54,797 nt of DNA from Guillardia theta CCMP2712 (lineage: Eukaryota > Protista > Cryptophyta). Both the position numbers and the translations under genes were made by a program. The notes below the pieces were generated by a model. It was not told the origin of the DNA. It did not search any database and was given only the letters and a program-made list of their open reading frames with translations. The stretch covers positions 37,900 through 92,696 of the forward strand of contig NW_005434533.1 of the NCBI RefSeq assembly GCF_000315625.1, read 5' to 3'. Shown in pieces: positions 22,013 through 33,279 of the stretch (positions within the stretch are counted from its first letter, which is position 1; each line of letters opens with the position of its first letter).

Positions 22013-23101
22013 TCATGTTTCCTTCGCCAGCTCCTCGTCCTCCGCAGACCTTCTGTTGTGCACGTAGAACAAGATCCCCGCGATAATGAGTGCTCCTCCT
22101 ACCAACTTCAGAACAGCGACACCCCCGTCGAACGGCTCGCCGAAGCCAGAGCCAGGGAGGATAGCGAAGATGAGGAGGGATATACCCCATGCACCAACGA
22201 TCCTGAAGCTCAGGACCGACTCCTTGGTTGTTGCTCCGAAGTACTTGTTGATGGCCGTGGCAGCGATCATCTCGAAGAGGCTCATCAGGATAGTCCCCAA
22301 GATCAACAGCCCAAGGATCCAGTCGCTGAAGATGGCAGAGATCGTGCCCAGCGAGTCCTCCAGCACCTCTCCGTCGCTCCCTGGCAGCAGCTGCGCCATG
22401 AAGAGCACAGCGAACATAATCCCGCACCCCATCAACCCCGACACCCCCGTGAAGACATAGACGTCCACGTCCATGCTCCGCTCCTGCAGCGCTATCTCCG
22501 CCACGACCTGCTCGAGTCCGTCTGACATGGTCGACAAGACGACGAGCACGATCCCAACGATGGCCAAACTCGTGACTGCACTCGTGTGCACATGTACGAA
22601 GCAAGCAAGCACTGAACCCCCGATCACAAGGAGAAGGGAAAGGGCGATCCAAGGGTTCATAGGGCTGCGCTGGGATATGTATGCTGAACCCAGCGCTGTG
22701 AAAGCGACCAGCCCTGCGGCTCTCACCATCACGACGATAGAGACCGGAAGAAACATCATCGACGAATACTCCAGCATCCCTCCTACTGCCCCGAAAGACA
22801 CCATGACAAAAATCTTGTAGTAGATGTGCCGCGGGAGCGAACGCGGGCTCCAGTTGCAGAAAGGAAGAATCAAAATCTTACCCAGGAAATAAGTAGAGGC
22901 GAAGAACAGAGGCTTCGAAAATCTGCTTCCTCCCTCCTCCGAGCCGTGCCCGAGCTCGGGGTCATACACTGAAGCCATCTTGGCAAAATTCATCCGGAGG
23001 CCGATGGTCAAGATAGCAATGAAGGCAAGGCCGAGCATCTGGTAGAATCGTTGATCCCCCAACCTGGGGGCAATGCCCAGCAAAGGTTTTTCCTCGTTCA
23101 T
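22013..23101 (-). CDS. Drug/metabolite-superfamily transporter, SLC35F6-like nucleotide-sugar transporter
   Basis: Intronless 362 aa with ~9-10 hydrophobic helices and motifs FSKPLF..YFLGK, LPVSIVVMVR, LEQVVAE, LPGSDGEVLEDS, INKYFGATTK. Confidence 0.75.
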   Translation of the reverse strand: MNEEKPLLGIAPRLGDQRFYQMLGLAFIAILTIGLRMNFAKMASVYDPELGHGSEEGGSRFSKPLFFASTYFLGKILILPFCNWSPRSLPRHIYYKIFVMVSFGAVGGMLEYSSMMFLPVSIVVMVRAAGLVAFTALGSAYISQRSPMNPWIALSLLLVIGGSVLACFVHVHTSAVTSLAIVGIVLVVLSTMSDGLEQVVAEIALQERSMDVDVYVFTGVSGLMGCGIMFAVLFMAQLLPGSDGEVLEDSLGTISAIFSDWILGLLILGTILMSLFEMIAATAINKYFGATTKESVLSFRIVGAWGISLLIFAILPGSGFGEPFDGGVAVLKLVGGALIIAGILFYVHNRRSAEDEELAKET

Positions 23102-24040
23102 GTCTGTTTCCTGCCAAGATCAAGCCTACGAAGTGGTAATCAGCAGGTAATCAACTTCGTTGAAAAGATGTAGTTCATGAAGGCTAGTAGGCAAGTTTGA
23201 TGTAAAACAACAACAAGAGTTCATGATATATGAAGCTAAGTTAATATTCTTGTGAAAAAAAAAGAACATAGAGTTTCACATGTTCTCACAAGTTTTGATC
23301 GAATCCTTCTTAAAATGAATTGTTTCTACCTCATTCAATTCTAAACCATTCTCCTCCCCTCAACTGCTTTCCACTCCGCACCACCGCTCTCCTCATCTTT
23401 CCCCCTCTCATTCACTTCCTTCAGTCGTGCTCTCAGCTCTTTCTTACTCTCCTCTCCTCCTCTCCCTCATCGCGTGCCATACCTGCATTGTCCCTTCGCT
23501 CTTTTTACCCCGGCCGCCCCTACCCCACTCCAAGTAGATGGCACCCTGAATTATCCATGAAAGTACCCACCTTTTATAGCGGTGATAATACTACCCTACC
23601 TCCCTTCCGCAGATCCTTTTACGAATTTATTTTTCAATTTTTTTTTGTTTTGATTATTTTTTTCCTACGGTTGGAGCGCGGCGCAGAACATGGCGAGGAG
23701 CGTTGGAAAGGAGGGAAGAAGAGCGAGGAAGGGAAGGGGAGGGAGCACGAGAGCAAGATCACTGTCAAGAGGAAGGGAGAGGAGAGGGAAGAGCAAGAGA
23801 AGGACAGAGAGATGGACGGAAGGACGATGTGATTCAAGGAAGCAACCTAAAAGAACGAGAAAGAAGGTGAGGGATAGAGCGAGGGTAGAGTAGTTGTGCA
23901 GGATGGAGAAGGGAAGTACAAAAACGCAAACTTGCTGGGAGGCAAAACATTCGTGGTAGTGTAGCAGATTGAAAGACTTGGGAATAACAGCATGCGCATT
24001 TGATTCATGTCTTATCCCTCACAATCCTGCAGACTTCATC

Positions 24041-27000
24041 ATGCCTCCGAAATCTGCACCACCCAAGAAGCCTATGTGAGAGCTGGGGTGATGGAGGGGC
24101 TGCTGTTGACAGACGAGGCAGGAGGCGGGAGAGCGTGTCAGGAGAGGTAGGACTCAAGGCAGACAAGAAAAAGGACGACGATGCTCAGAGCGGGTGAGCG
24201 ATTCCTCCTGCACGTCTGCATGCTGACGACGAGGACAGGTGGGTCGAGCCGACGACGGTGGTGGTGAAGCCTCCGGAGCAGCTGGACCTGACGGAGAAGG
24301 AGCTGAACACGGAGATCACTCGCATCCTGAGCGCTAAGGACCCCATGGCTCCTCATAACATCACAAGATACAGGCGCGACCCTCCTCTCCTCTGCTTCCA
24401 GCCCCACCTCCTCTTCTACCCAACCTTTGCCTCTCCCTCCCCCTTCCCCTCTCTCCCTCCACCTCCCCCTCTCTCCCTCCCCTCTCCCTCCCCTCTCCCC
24501 TTCCCTCTCCCTCCCCCTTCCCCTCTCTCCCTCCCCCTCCCCCTCTCTCCCTCCCCTCTCCATCCCCTCTCCCCTTCCCTCTCCCTCCCCCTCCCGCTCT
24601 CTCCCTCCCTCTCCCTCTCCCTCTCCCTCTCCCTCTCCCTTGCTCCTTCCTCGTCCTCCTCCTCCTAAACGTCCTCTGTTTGATGGATAATCTTGGTTGC
24701 TGATGGAGTTGTCGTTAGTTTCAAGGAGTTCACCTACAAGTTGGACCCCTCGGTCGAGCAGATGTCAACGCACTTCGAGATGGAGGGGAACCTGCTTCAC
24801 AACGAGAGCGAGGAGGGAAAGAAGATCTTGGCGGAGAAGGTGGGAGGCGAAACATCTTCCCCTTTTGAACTCTTTCCCGGTTCCCTCTCACCTGACAAGA
24901 TGCTGTACATGCCATGTCAGTCATCGGACATGTCACTTGTCTTCATGACTTACATCTTGCATCTCCATATCTCATCACACATCACATCACAGTGATATCA
25001 CTATCACAATCACAGTTTCACCTGTCTTGACCACATTTTGCTTCTTCACACCTTCTCTATCCCGAGCGGATCCAACGGGCGTCGCAGGCGGCGAAGGAGG
25101 AGGCGAGAAGGCGAGCGGCTGAGAACGAGTCGCTGGGAGCCGGAGAAGGGTATCACGACGACAAACCCCACCGGTGAGACAAAGTTTGGAACTTTCAAAC
25201 TTTTCATCTTTCCGAGTTTCGAACTTCCCTCACACAAAGTTTGTCAGGAATCAGTTCAACTTCTCCGATCGCGCTTGTCAGACTGCAGCTCCTCCCATGC
25301 GCGACCGCGAGATCTTCACGCAGCCTCCTCCCTCCATCTCCTTCGGTGATGACCCCCCCCCCCATCCAAACTCTCCTCCCTGCCTCCCTCCCTCCCTCCC
25401 TCCCTCCCTCCTCCCTCCATCTCCCACGAAGCTGATCTTCTTGCCCCCGTCATCCCCTTCCCTCCCTCTCCCCTCCTCCCTCCATCTCTTTCGGTGCTGC
25501 TTCAGCTCCGATCGCATTTCCCCCCATTCATCCGTCTCCCCCTACCTCCTCCCTCTTCATCTCCTCATTTCTCCCTCCTCCCCTTCTCGCCCTCCTCCTC
25601 TTGTGGTCTGACATGACGCAGGAAACACTGTCACTCTCTGCGAAGTGTTCGATGCCTACACGGAAGATCTTGAGCGACAGAAGATTGCCAAAGAGCGAGC
25701 CGGTTTGTCCGCCTCCTCCCCTCTCCTCTTCTCCCTCTCTGCTACTCCTTCTCTTCTTTCGTCCCCATCTTCCTTCTTTAATCATTGTACGTGAATGACA
25801 TTTCCTCTCTAGCTGTTGCTGCAAAAGTTTCAAAGAATGTTCAGAAGACGGAAGAGGTACGATGAGAATGGTGGTGGTGGTGGTGATGATGATGATGATC
25901 CATCACCACCACCGTCTCCTTCACCTCCTCCTATACTATTACACATCCTCCTCCTCCTCCTCCTCCTCATCATCATCATCATCATCATCATCAGCATCCT
26001 CGGTCTCCTTCTTATCCTCATCCCCATCCTCCTCCTCCTCCTTATCTTCATCTTCATCCTCGCTCGTCCTCCTCCTCCTCCTCCTCGTCTTGGTCCTCAT
26101 CACAATCACGATCTGTTCCTCCTCGTTCTTCTCCTCTGCATTTTTCACCTCTTCTTCGTCAAGCACGTCTCTCTTTTCCCTCCTCATCTTCGCCGCAGGT
26201 CATGTGCCTGGACTTCCATCCCACGCACGCCTCCCTCCTCGCCGTTGGATGCTACGATGGAACAGTAAGAGGAGGAGGAGGAGAGAAGCGGAGGAAAGGA
26301 AGACAAGAAAGGGACTTCAAGGAGGAGGAGGAGGAGGAGGAGGAGGAGGAGGAGGAGGAGGAGGAGGAGGAGGAGGAGGAGGAGGAGGAGGAGGAGGAGA
26401 GAAGCGGAGGAAAGGAAGACAACAAAGGGAGGATGAGGACGAGAAGAGGTGTAGGAGAAGCAGGAGGAAGTTGTCGGGGGAGGAAGGAAGGAAGGAAGGA
26501 AGGAAGGAGATGGAGGGAGATGACTGGACGCCAGGTGATGATCTACGACATCCGAAGCAAGACCAACAAGCCTCTCTTCCAGGTCCTCCTCCTCCTCCTC
26601 CTTACTCCTCCTTGCTCCTCCTTGCTCCTCCTTGCTCCTCTCCCCCCTCCCCTCTCTCCTCCTCCTCCGCCTCCTCCTTTCTCCTCCTCCCTCTCCTCCT
26701 CCTCCTCTCCTTTTTCGTTTTCTTTCTCTCCTCTGTCTCTGACTTTTCCCATCAGTCGACTGTCAAGACCGGCAAGCACACAGATCCTGTCTGGCAGGTG
26801 AGACAGTCGAGCCGTCAGAGTGGGAGAGGGCAAGAGGAAGAGAGGAAAAGTTTGGGAGGAGGTGGAGGTGGAGGTGACAAACGAGAGCCAGGACGAGGAA
26901 GGGGAGAAGGGAGATGAGGAAAAGGGAAAGAAGGAGAAGAGAAGAATGGAAAGGAAATGGAGGGAAGAGGATGGAGGAAGGGAGTAGGAGAGAGATGTTT

Positions 27001-28914
27001 TGATTGAACATGTGCAGGTGATGTGGCAGCAGGAGGATCTCTCAAAGAATCCAAACTTCTTCAGGTTGATGATCCTCTTTCATGAGATGAGATATTAACT
27101 CGTTCTTCCTCTTTCCCTTTTCCTCTTCCTCTTCCACCATCCACTCTCGCTTCTGCTCTCTCCATCCTTCTCTTCACTTCATCAGCGTCTCCTCGGATGG
27201 TCGAGTCACCCTATGGACAATGTAACAAATCAAATTTCTCTTGCCTTCCTCTTTCCCTCCCTTCTCTCCTCCCCTCTTCCTCACTCCTCCTCCCTCTCTC
27301 CTCTTCCCGCTCCTCCCGCTCCTCCTCCTGCTCCTCTCTCTCTCTCTCTCTCTCTCTCCTCCTCCTCTCTCCTCCTCTCTCTCTCCTCTCTCCTCCTCGC
27401 CCCCAAGGCTGAAATCCAAATAGGAGCAAGAACGAGCTGCAGCACACTGACGTGATGGAGCTAAAGCTGGCAGGGATAGTCAGCGAGGTAGTGGAGGGGG
27501 AGGGGGAGGAGGAGGAGGAGGAGGAGGGAGGTTGTGATGGCCCATCAGGAGGGAGAAGAGCACGAGGAAGCTTCGCTTGTCGGCCTCGCAGGAGGATGCT
27601 GCATTGACTTCAACAGCAAGAGTGAGAGGAGGAGGAGGAGGAGGAGGAGGAGGAGGAACTGATCACTTGTATCACAGGCGAGCACTTGTTTGTGGTGGGC
27701 ACTGAAGAAGGAAGAATTCATAAGTGCTCCAAGGCATATAATTCGCAGGTGCCGACCTTGGCTCCTTCATCTTATCGTCTTTGACTTGTCTCCGTCCTCT
27801 CGCAGTATTTGGAGACTTATGACGGTCACTACATGGCTGTCTATGGAGGTCAAACTGACTGAACCCACCGCATGCAACCACCACCAACAACAACACCTCC
27901 TCCCCCCTCCCTCCTCCCCCCTCCCTCCTCCTCCCCTCCCCTCCCCTCCCCTCTCCCCTCCTCTTTCTTCCATCCTCCTCCTCCTCTGCCTGCTACTACT
28001 TGTTCTCTCCTCCTTCTCTCGTGCGCTCCTCCTCGACTCCTGTCGTCCTGCTGACCTTCTCATCAACTCTGCTCTCCCCTGCTCTCGTCCCTTACCGCTC
28101 CTCATTCTTGCTCCCTCTGCTCCTCCCTGCCCACTGACTGACTTCTGGCAGATCCATGTCTTCGACCTTGCTGAGAATAAACATGAGCCAATGTGCGACC
28201 AGAAAGTTGTGCGAAAGAGCAAGGTAACGCTCTTCTCCTGCTCCTGCCCCTCCCTCTCCCTCCTACTTCCCTCCTGCCTCCCTTGCCGCTCCGTCTGACT
28301 CATGGTTCAGCTCACCCATCTTGCGTTCAATCCCAAGCATCCCATCCTCATCGTCGGCGACGATCACGGAGGAGTTTTGTGAGCAAGCCAGTCTTTTCCT
28401 CCTCCTCTTCCTCCTTCTCCTCCCCCCTCCCCCTCCCTCCTCCTCCTCTCACTGCCTTCTGCAGATGTCTCAAGTTCTCGCCCAACCTCAGGAAGACGGA
28501 GGCACAGAAGGTGAAGGAGAGCGAAAGCTTTTAAGCAGGCCCTCACTGCCATGCAGAGAGCGGAGGCGATGAAGAACGAAGGAGCAGAGGTGCAGGAGGA
28601 GGAGGAGGAGGAGGAGGAGGAGGAGGAATCTCGCGCTTGACACGTGTAACAGCAAGTGAAGAAGCCTCCTCCCAAGAAGAAAGGGTGAGGCGTGAGGCAT
28701 TTAGTGTGCGCGTGACATGAGCTGCAGAGGAGGAGAGGCGGCGGAAGACGATGACAAGAAGAAGCAAGTCAACCCTGCGGTACTCGCAGCCCTCCCCACG
28801 TCATGGCGACTGACAAGCGTGTCCTCTCAGGAGCTGGAGATGGAGAAGCTTGAGAAGATCCTTGGCATCTCCTCCGTGGAGCCGGTCAAGAACGCCCCTC
28901 CTGCTGCCGCCTAG
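24041..28914 (+). CDS. DNAI1: Axonemal outer-arm dynein intermediate chain (IC1/IC78/DNAI1-like), multi-exon, apparently lacking some exons
   Basis: Exons read MPPKSAPPKKP, VKPPEQLDLTEKEL..ITRILSAKDPMAPHNITRY, VRNQFNFSDRACQT, VMCLDFHP..LLAVGCYDGT, GKHTDPVWQ, SVSSDGRVTLW, FVVGTEEGRIHKCSKAYNSQ, YLETYDGHYMAVY, IHVFDL, LIVGDDHGGV, LKFSPNLRK. Confidence 0.88.
26272..26400. repeat. (GGA)n microsatellite inside a DNAI1 intron
   Basis: Long perfect GGA run. Similar runs occur at ~45240-45310, ~47790-48020 and ~49420-49700. Confidence 0.9.
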
Positions 28915-29082
28915 AGTGTACAAGAGCGAGGAGGGGGCAAGAGCAGGAGGGAGAGCAGGAGGAGCAGGAGTTGGAGAGCAGGAAGAGACTGAGGAGGAGG
29001 AGGGGGTGGAGAGGGGCAGGAGGAGGAGGCAGCTCTGCCCCTGACAGTGCTGAGAGAGGCTACAAGAAGTGACTTGTTAACA

Positions 29083-29505
29083 TTACAACGCATTTTTCAA
29101 CGTAGAGCACATCGGGCACTGAAGACCCACGTCGCTGTCCTTGTGCTGGTTTCCCAAGATAGTCTTCCAGCTCTGCGCTCCACCGATCTTCAAGATGGGG
29201 GTCTGCGAATCCGAGTGTGAGACGAGGATGGGGGGGAATGAAGGGAGTGATAGAAATGAGAAAGGAGGGGAGGAAGAAAATACAATGAAAGGAGATAGTA
29301 GAATGAACGAAGAACGAGCGATGAAAGAGGAGACGGGATAAGATTTACAAAGATGGCAAGAGGAACGCGAAGTGGGGGCAGGGGAAGGGGCAGGGGCAGG
29401 AGGAACCTTGTCCCCAGGCATGGCAGGATGGATTCCTCCTGAGTGAGCCCACCACGTGTTGTTTCCAGGATCCTGAAGCCATGCATACTTGCCAATCTTG
29501 AGGTC
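29083..29505 (-). CDS. Small hypothetical protein, 3' exons (ends CPMC..LKNAL*)
   Basis: In-frame GT-AG-joined exons DLKIGKYAWLQDPGNNTWWAHSGGIHPAMPGDK | TPILKIGGAQSWKTILGNQHKDSDVGLQCPMCSTLKNAL*. Start not found. Confidence 0.4.
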   Translation of the reverse strand, partial: DLKIGKYAWLQDPGNNTWWAHSGGIHPAMPGDKVPPAPAPSPAPTSRSSCHLCKSYPVSSFIARSSFILLSPFIVFSSSPPFSFLSLPSFPPILVSHSDSQTPILKIGGAQSWKTILGNQHKDSDVGLQCPMCSTLKNAL

Positions 29506-29700
29506 CTGCGGGAGGATTGGTGAGGGTGAGAAAGGGAGAGATGCGGATGAACTTGGAGAAAGAGATGGGAAAACCAAAAGAAGCATATCTCTCAGAAAAA
29601 TTGGATCCTTGAGTCACAGGCAAAATACACCATCACAATGAAATCTCGTCTCTTGACTTCTCCTTTCTCTCCTTCAAATCCGTCCTCGTCTGTCGTTGTT

Positions 29701-29733
<33 letters not shown>

Positions 29734-30099
29734 TACCTCCTCCTCCTCCTCCTCCTTCTCCTCCTTCTCCTCCTCCTCCTCCTTCTCCTCCTCCTCCTGG
29801 TCCGCGCTCTCCGGTGTGGACTCACCTCGAACATTTTTCGGTCTATTTCGGGATCCCTACCCCTGCTACCGATGACTACCTCACCCCCAACGTCTTAAAT
29901 ACCCCTCATTTTACCTGCAAAACTTCTTTCAAGTATAGGGTGGGTGATCGAGACAAGGTGTGGGGGTAGCGATATAACCCTACCCATACCTTGCTCACGG
30001 ATCCGCATATGAAATAGACCCCTCCTGATTGAGGTCACCCCACCCCTTCGATCATCTGGCAAAGCACCGGTGCTATGTTTCCCGAAGAATTTGAATAGC

Positions 30100-31767
30100 A
30101 TGGCGTGGGGAGGAACTCGTGGCGGCATGGCGCTGTTGGGCTTCGAGGAGGAGGAGGCAGAGAGGAAGTTCAACATTTCCTTCGATGATATGACCTTCTC
30201 TTCGCCCTCACAAGCCCATGTCAAGCACATGGAAGTCGTCATGCACTTCCTCATGATCAAGGCGTGTCCCGGGGAAGCACAGCCTGCTTTCAAACTTCTC
30301 TGGCCGATTGTCGACAAGGCGCAGGGGAGAGAGTTCAGGAAGTGGGTCAGTGACAAGCTAGCTTCCATGCAGAAAGAGAGGCTGATCCCATCCACCCCCA
30401 TCGTACGATCCACAATAATCGAGAACCCTGGCGGAACCAAGTTCATTGCCATCTTGAACTACCTCACACAATATGTCATGAGGAAACAGCTCAAGACCAT
30501 GGGTATTGAAGTAATCTTGCTACAGTTCAACAAAGATCATGCACAGGTCTGTGTTGACGTCCTGAACCTTAGAGTGGAAAAGGAAAGGGCCCGATTTCTG
30601 CAACACGCCAATAGGTGCGCTGCAGAAAATGCAAGGCTGGAAGCGTTCGCGGGTAAGGTGGCAGAAACCATTAAGACTCTTGCATCTGATCGCGAGGATG
30701 TTCGAGCGAAGTATGAGAAGCTCAAGGCTGAAGAGAATCTTGGCGACATCGAAAGCTTGAGGAGGGAGGTTGAGGCGGAGGCGAGCGCGGTGCGGGACTT
30801 GTGGAGCGAGCTGGAAGCCGGGGATGTTCAAGCCGAGAGTAACCGAAGGAATGTGAAGAACATGGTTGTCAAAGACGATGACGAACTCGTCGTTGACCTG
30901 CACAGCATGAGCGAGAGCTCAGGACATGACATGAAGTTTCTCGGAGAAAACCCTAGTGTCGAATCTCTTCTGCAGAGGTGGGCAGCTACCATGAGCCAAC
31001 TGCACAAGTATCTGATCAGAGTTCCTTCCCCTGACAACGGCCTCCACAACCTTGCTGCGTTAGCTGAGAGCTCGCAGTCTCTGTCAGCTGACTGCGACAA
31101 GAGGCTGGAAAGCGTTCGCTCCCTCAAGGAGCAGCTGCGGGAGCAGATTCACCTTGTGGAGAAGTCGATTGGGAGCTTGCAGGCAGAGATCTATCCTACC
31201 TTGCAGTTTCCTGGCTTTCTGGATTCGGATGAAGACCTCCCTGACGAAGCTGAGGAAGAAGATTGCGCCGTGTCTGAAAGGATCGAAATCTCCCAGTCAT
31301 CATCTCAGGCAAGCAGCGCTGGGGCGACTGAAGCCCAACAGCCCGCTGTCACAGCTGACACTCCTGTTGAGGAAAATCCCATAGAGCTCTCAGCTCAAAC
31401 CCCACATGAGGTGAAGAAGAAACTATCCTTGGATGGGGAAAGGAAGGAAGCCATCTCCGTCAACCATCATCTCAGCCCTAGCAGAACACCAGGGAGCGGG
31501 GGCAATGCCTCGCAACGCAAAGATATACTCCTGCAGGCTCCCCATTCTGCCACGGGGAAGGAGAATTTCTCGCCTGTTGCTAAACCCTCAAGGATCCCGT
31601 CTTTGCTCGCCAAGCATGCGAGCACTGGCTCCAGCTCCGAAGACTCGGGTGGGGGAGGGAAGACTTGGAAGCCGGACGTCGACGGGGACTCCGCGATTGA
31701 GAGGAGGAGAGCAGTGCTGAGACAGAAGCTGCAGGGAACTTTGAACGATGACTTCTTAAAGCCCTGA
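30100..31767 (+). CDS. HAUS6: HAUS augmin-like complex subunit 6-like protein
   Basis: Intronless. N-terminal LLGF..FSSP..MEVVMHFL..FKLLWPIVDKAQGREFRK..IVRSTIIENPGGTKFIAIL matches the HAUS6_N pattern, followed by coiled coil and a disordered tail. First in-frame ATG is at 30100. Confidence 0.78.
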   Translation: MAWGGTRGGMALLGFEEEEAERKFNISFDDMTFSSPSQAHVKHMEVVMHFLMIKACPGEAQPAFKLLWPIVDKAQGREFRKWVSDKLASMQKERLIPSTPIVRSTIIENPGGTKFIAILNYLTQYVMRKQLKTMGIEVILLQFNKDHAQVCVDVLNLRVEKERARFLQHANRCAAENARLEAFAGKVAETIKTLASDREDVRAKYEKLKAEENLGDIESLRREVEAEASAVRDLWSELEAGDVQAESNRRNVKNMVVKDDDELVVDLHSMSESSGHDMKFLGENPSVESLLQRWAATMSQLHKYLIRVPSPDNGLHNLAALAESSQSLSADCDKRLESVRSLKEQLREQIHLVEKSIGSLQAEIYPTLQFPGFLDSDEDLPDEAEEEDCAVSERIEISQSSSQASSAGATEAQQPAVTADTPVEENPIELSAQTPHEVKKKLSLDGERKEAISVNHHLSPSRTPGSGGNASQRKDILLQAPHSATGKENFSPVAKPSRIPSLLAKHASTGSSSEDSGGGGKTWKPDVDGDSAIERRRAVLRQKLQGTLNDDFLKP

Positions 31768-31799
31768 TTGACAGGATTCGACACAAACTGAGTCGCAAG

Positions 31800-33230
31800 G
31801 CGGCGGGCAAAGCCTCCGTCAGCCTCACCCATTGAAGTGTAGCATAAAGCTCAGAAACTTCGGGATCACCTGCCAATCATCGGATGCGAGTCCGCAAATG
31901 ATTCGTCCTTCACGTGATTCGCCGGCGAGACTCACACGGCGGCACTGCCGCAGTCCGACTGTCACGTCACATCTCAGTAGTATCCCGATGATGATCGTCT
32001 CTACGGTCACAAGTTCACGGCCACGCGGCGGGCGCTGGGTGACCGCCGCGTGGCCCTGATTTACGGTAGCGGCTACGATCCCAGCCTGCCAGAAGCAATT
32101 TCAACGACCGTCGCGGCACTGTGTCGCAATTGAATGATGTACTTGCCAGAAGTGAGATGTACGGTACTTGCCAGCTTGCCAGAAGCCCCGGGGGCCTCGG
32201 GCCCGGCCGTCGCAATGATCATACGGTACATCACGATGATATTGACTATAGAGCCCCATTCCTCTTTGGGGACCCCACCCTCAATTTCCCAAGTCCATGT
32301 CGAGATGTACCCCTCCATGAGTAGGTGATGACCCCACCGTGTACTCAATAGCCCTTTGAATCTGCTCTACCGGTGCTTTCTAGTCATGGAACTACCCCCT
32401 TTTGACACACAAGTACCCCTCCCTATTTACTACCCCGTGGGATGTGTAGTAAATCTACCATGATCGAGTCCATGACCCTACCCCCACCCCCATTTCTGAA
32501 GGGTCGTTTCTTGACTACCCTACCTCCTAATGCAACGTAATCTACCCCTACTAGAGTCCCCCAGTGATTCGTGGTCGATAGTAGACCCAGGACCCCCGTC
32601 ACTGCTGACAATCTACCACCCTACCCATGATCGTGAAACTATCAGTATCTCAGGTACCCCACCTTTCTGTTCTCAACTTGCGTTCACAGTACCACCATGA
32701 CAACGGGTTGTGCATTCCTAGACCCGTACATTACCATAGATCACGGGTTCAATATAGGCTGATATTCATTGAATAGTACCCCTACTTTGTCACCCCCACC
32801 CTAGACTTATCCTCCAAGGAGAATACCACCCGGGTACTTGTCAATAAGCACCCAACCACTGTCATGGCCCCACCCCACCCTGGCAAAATCGGACAGATCT
32901 CTGACCTTCATAGCTAGGGTGGACGGTGGAGGTGCTATAGCCTTAGGAATCCTATGCCCACGAGTCCTAGTGACCAGGTCCTACCCGCTTAGCCCCTCGT
33001 GCAACGATAAGACCCCACTATACCCCATTAAAACAGAAAATTTTCTCACTAACTTTAGTTATTGGAACTTTCTGGTAATACTGTTCTCACCACCCCGACC
33101 CCCACCCCCCACCCCTTGATAAATAGTACCATTATAATAAACCATATTCTCTACTACTGTGACTTAGTACCAATAGTTATAACTAATATTTTCTGTTACT
33201 ATCAAAGTACCACGGGGGTCACTCTCTAGG
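31800..33230. other. Intergenic composite: GC-rich CCGG/CAGT tract (~31800-32230) plus C-skewed TACCCC tract (~32250-33230)
   Basis: Dense taccc/accccc words upstream of the ATG at 33280, with a GC-rich palindromic segment before them. Confidence 0.6.
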
Positions 33231-33279
33231 GGGACGAGGTCATCCTCCGCTCCCGCCAGATCATCTCTCCGCCGCGGCC

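Noticed and set aside
25816-26917. 351-aa and overlapping low-complexity ORFs
   Set aside because: Intronic (CCT/CAT/GGA)n tracts of the dynein gene.
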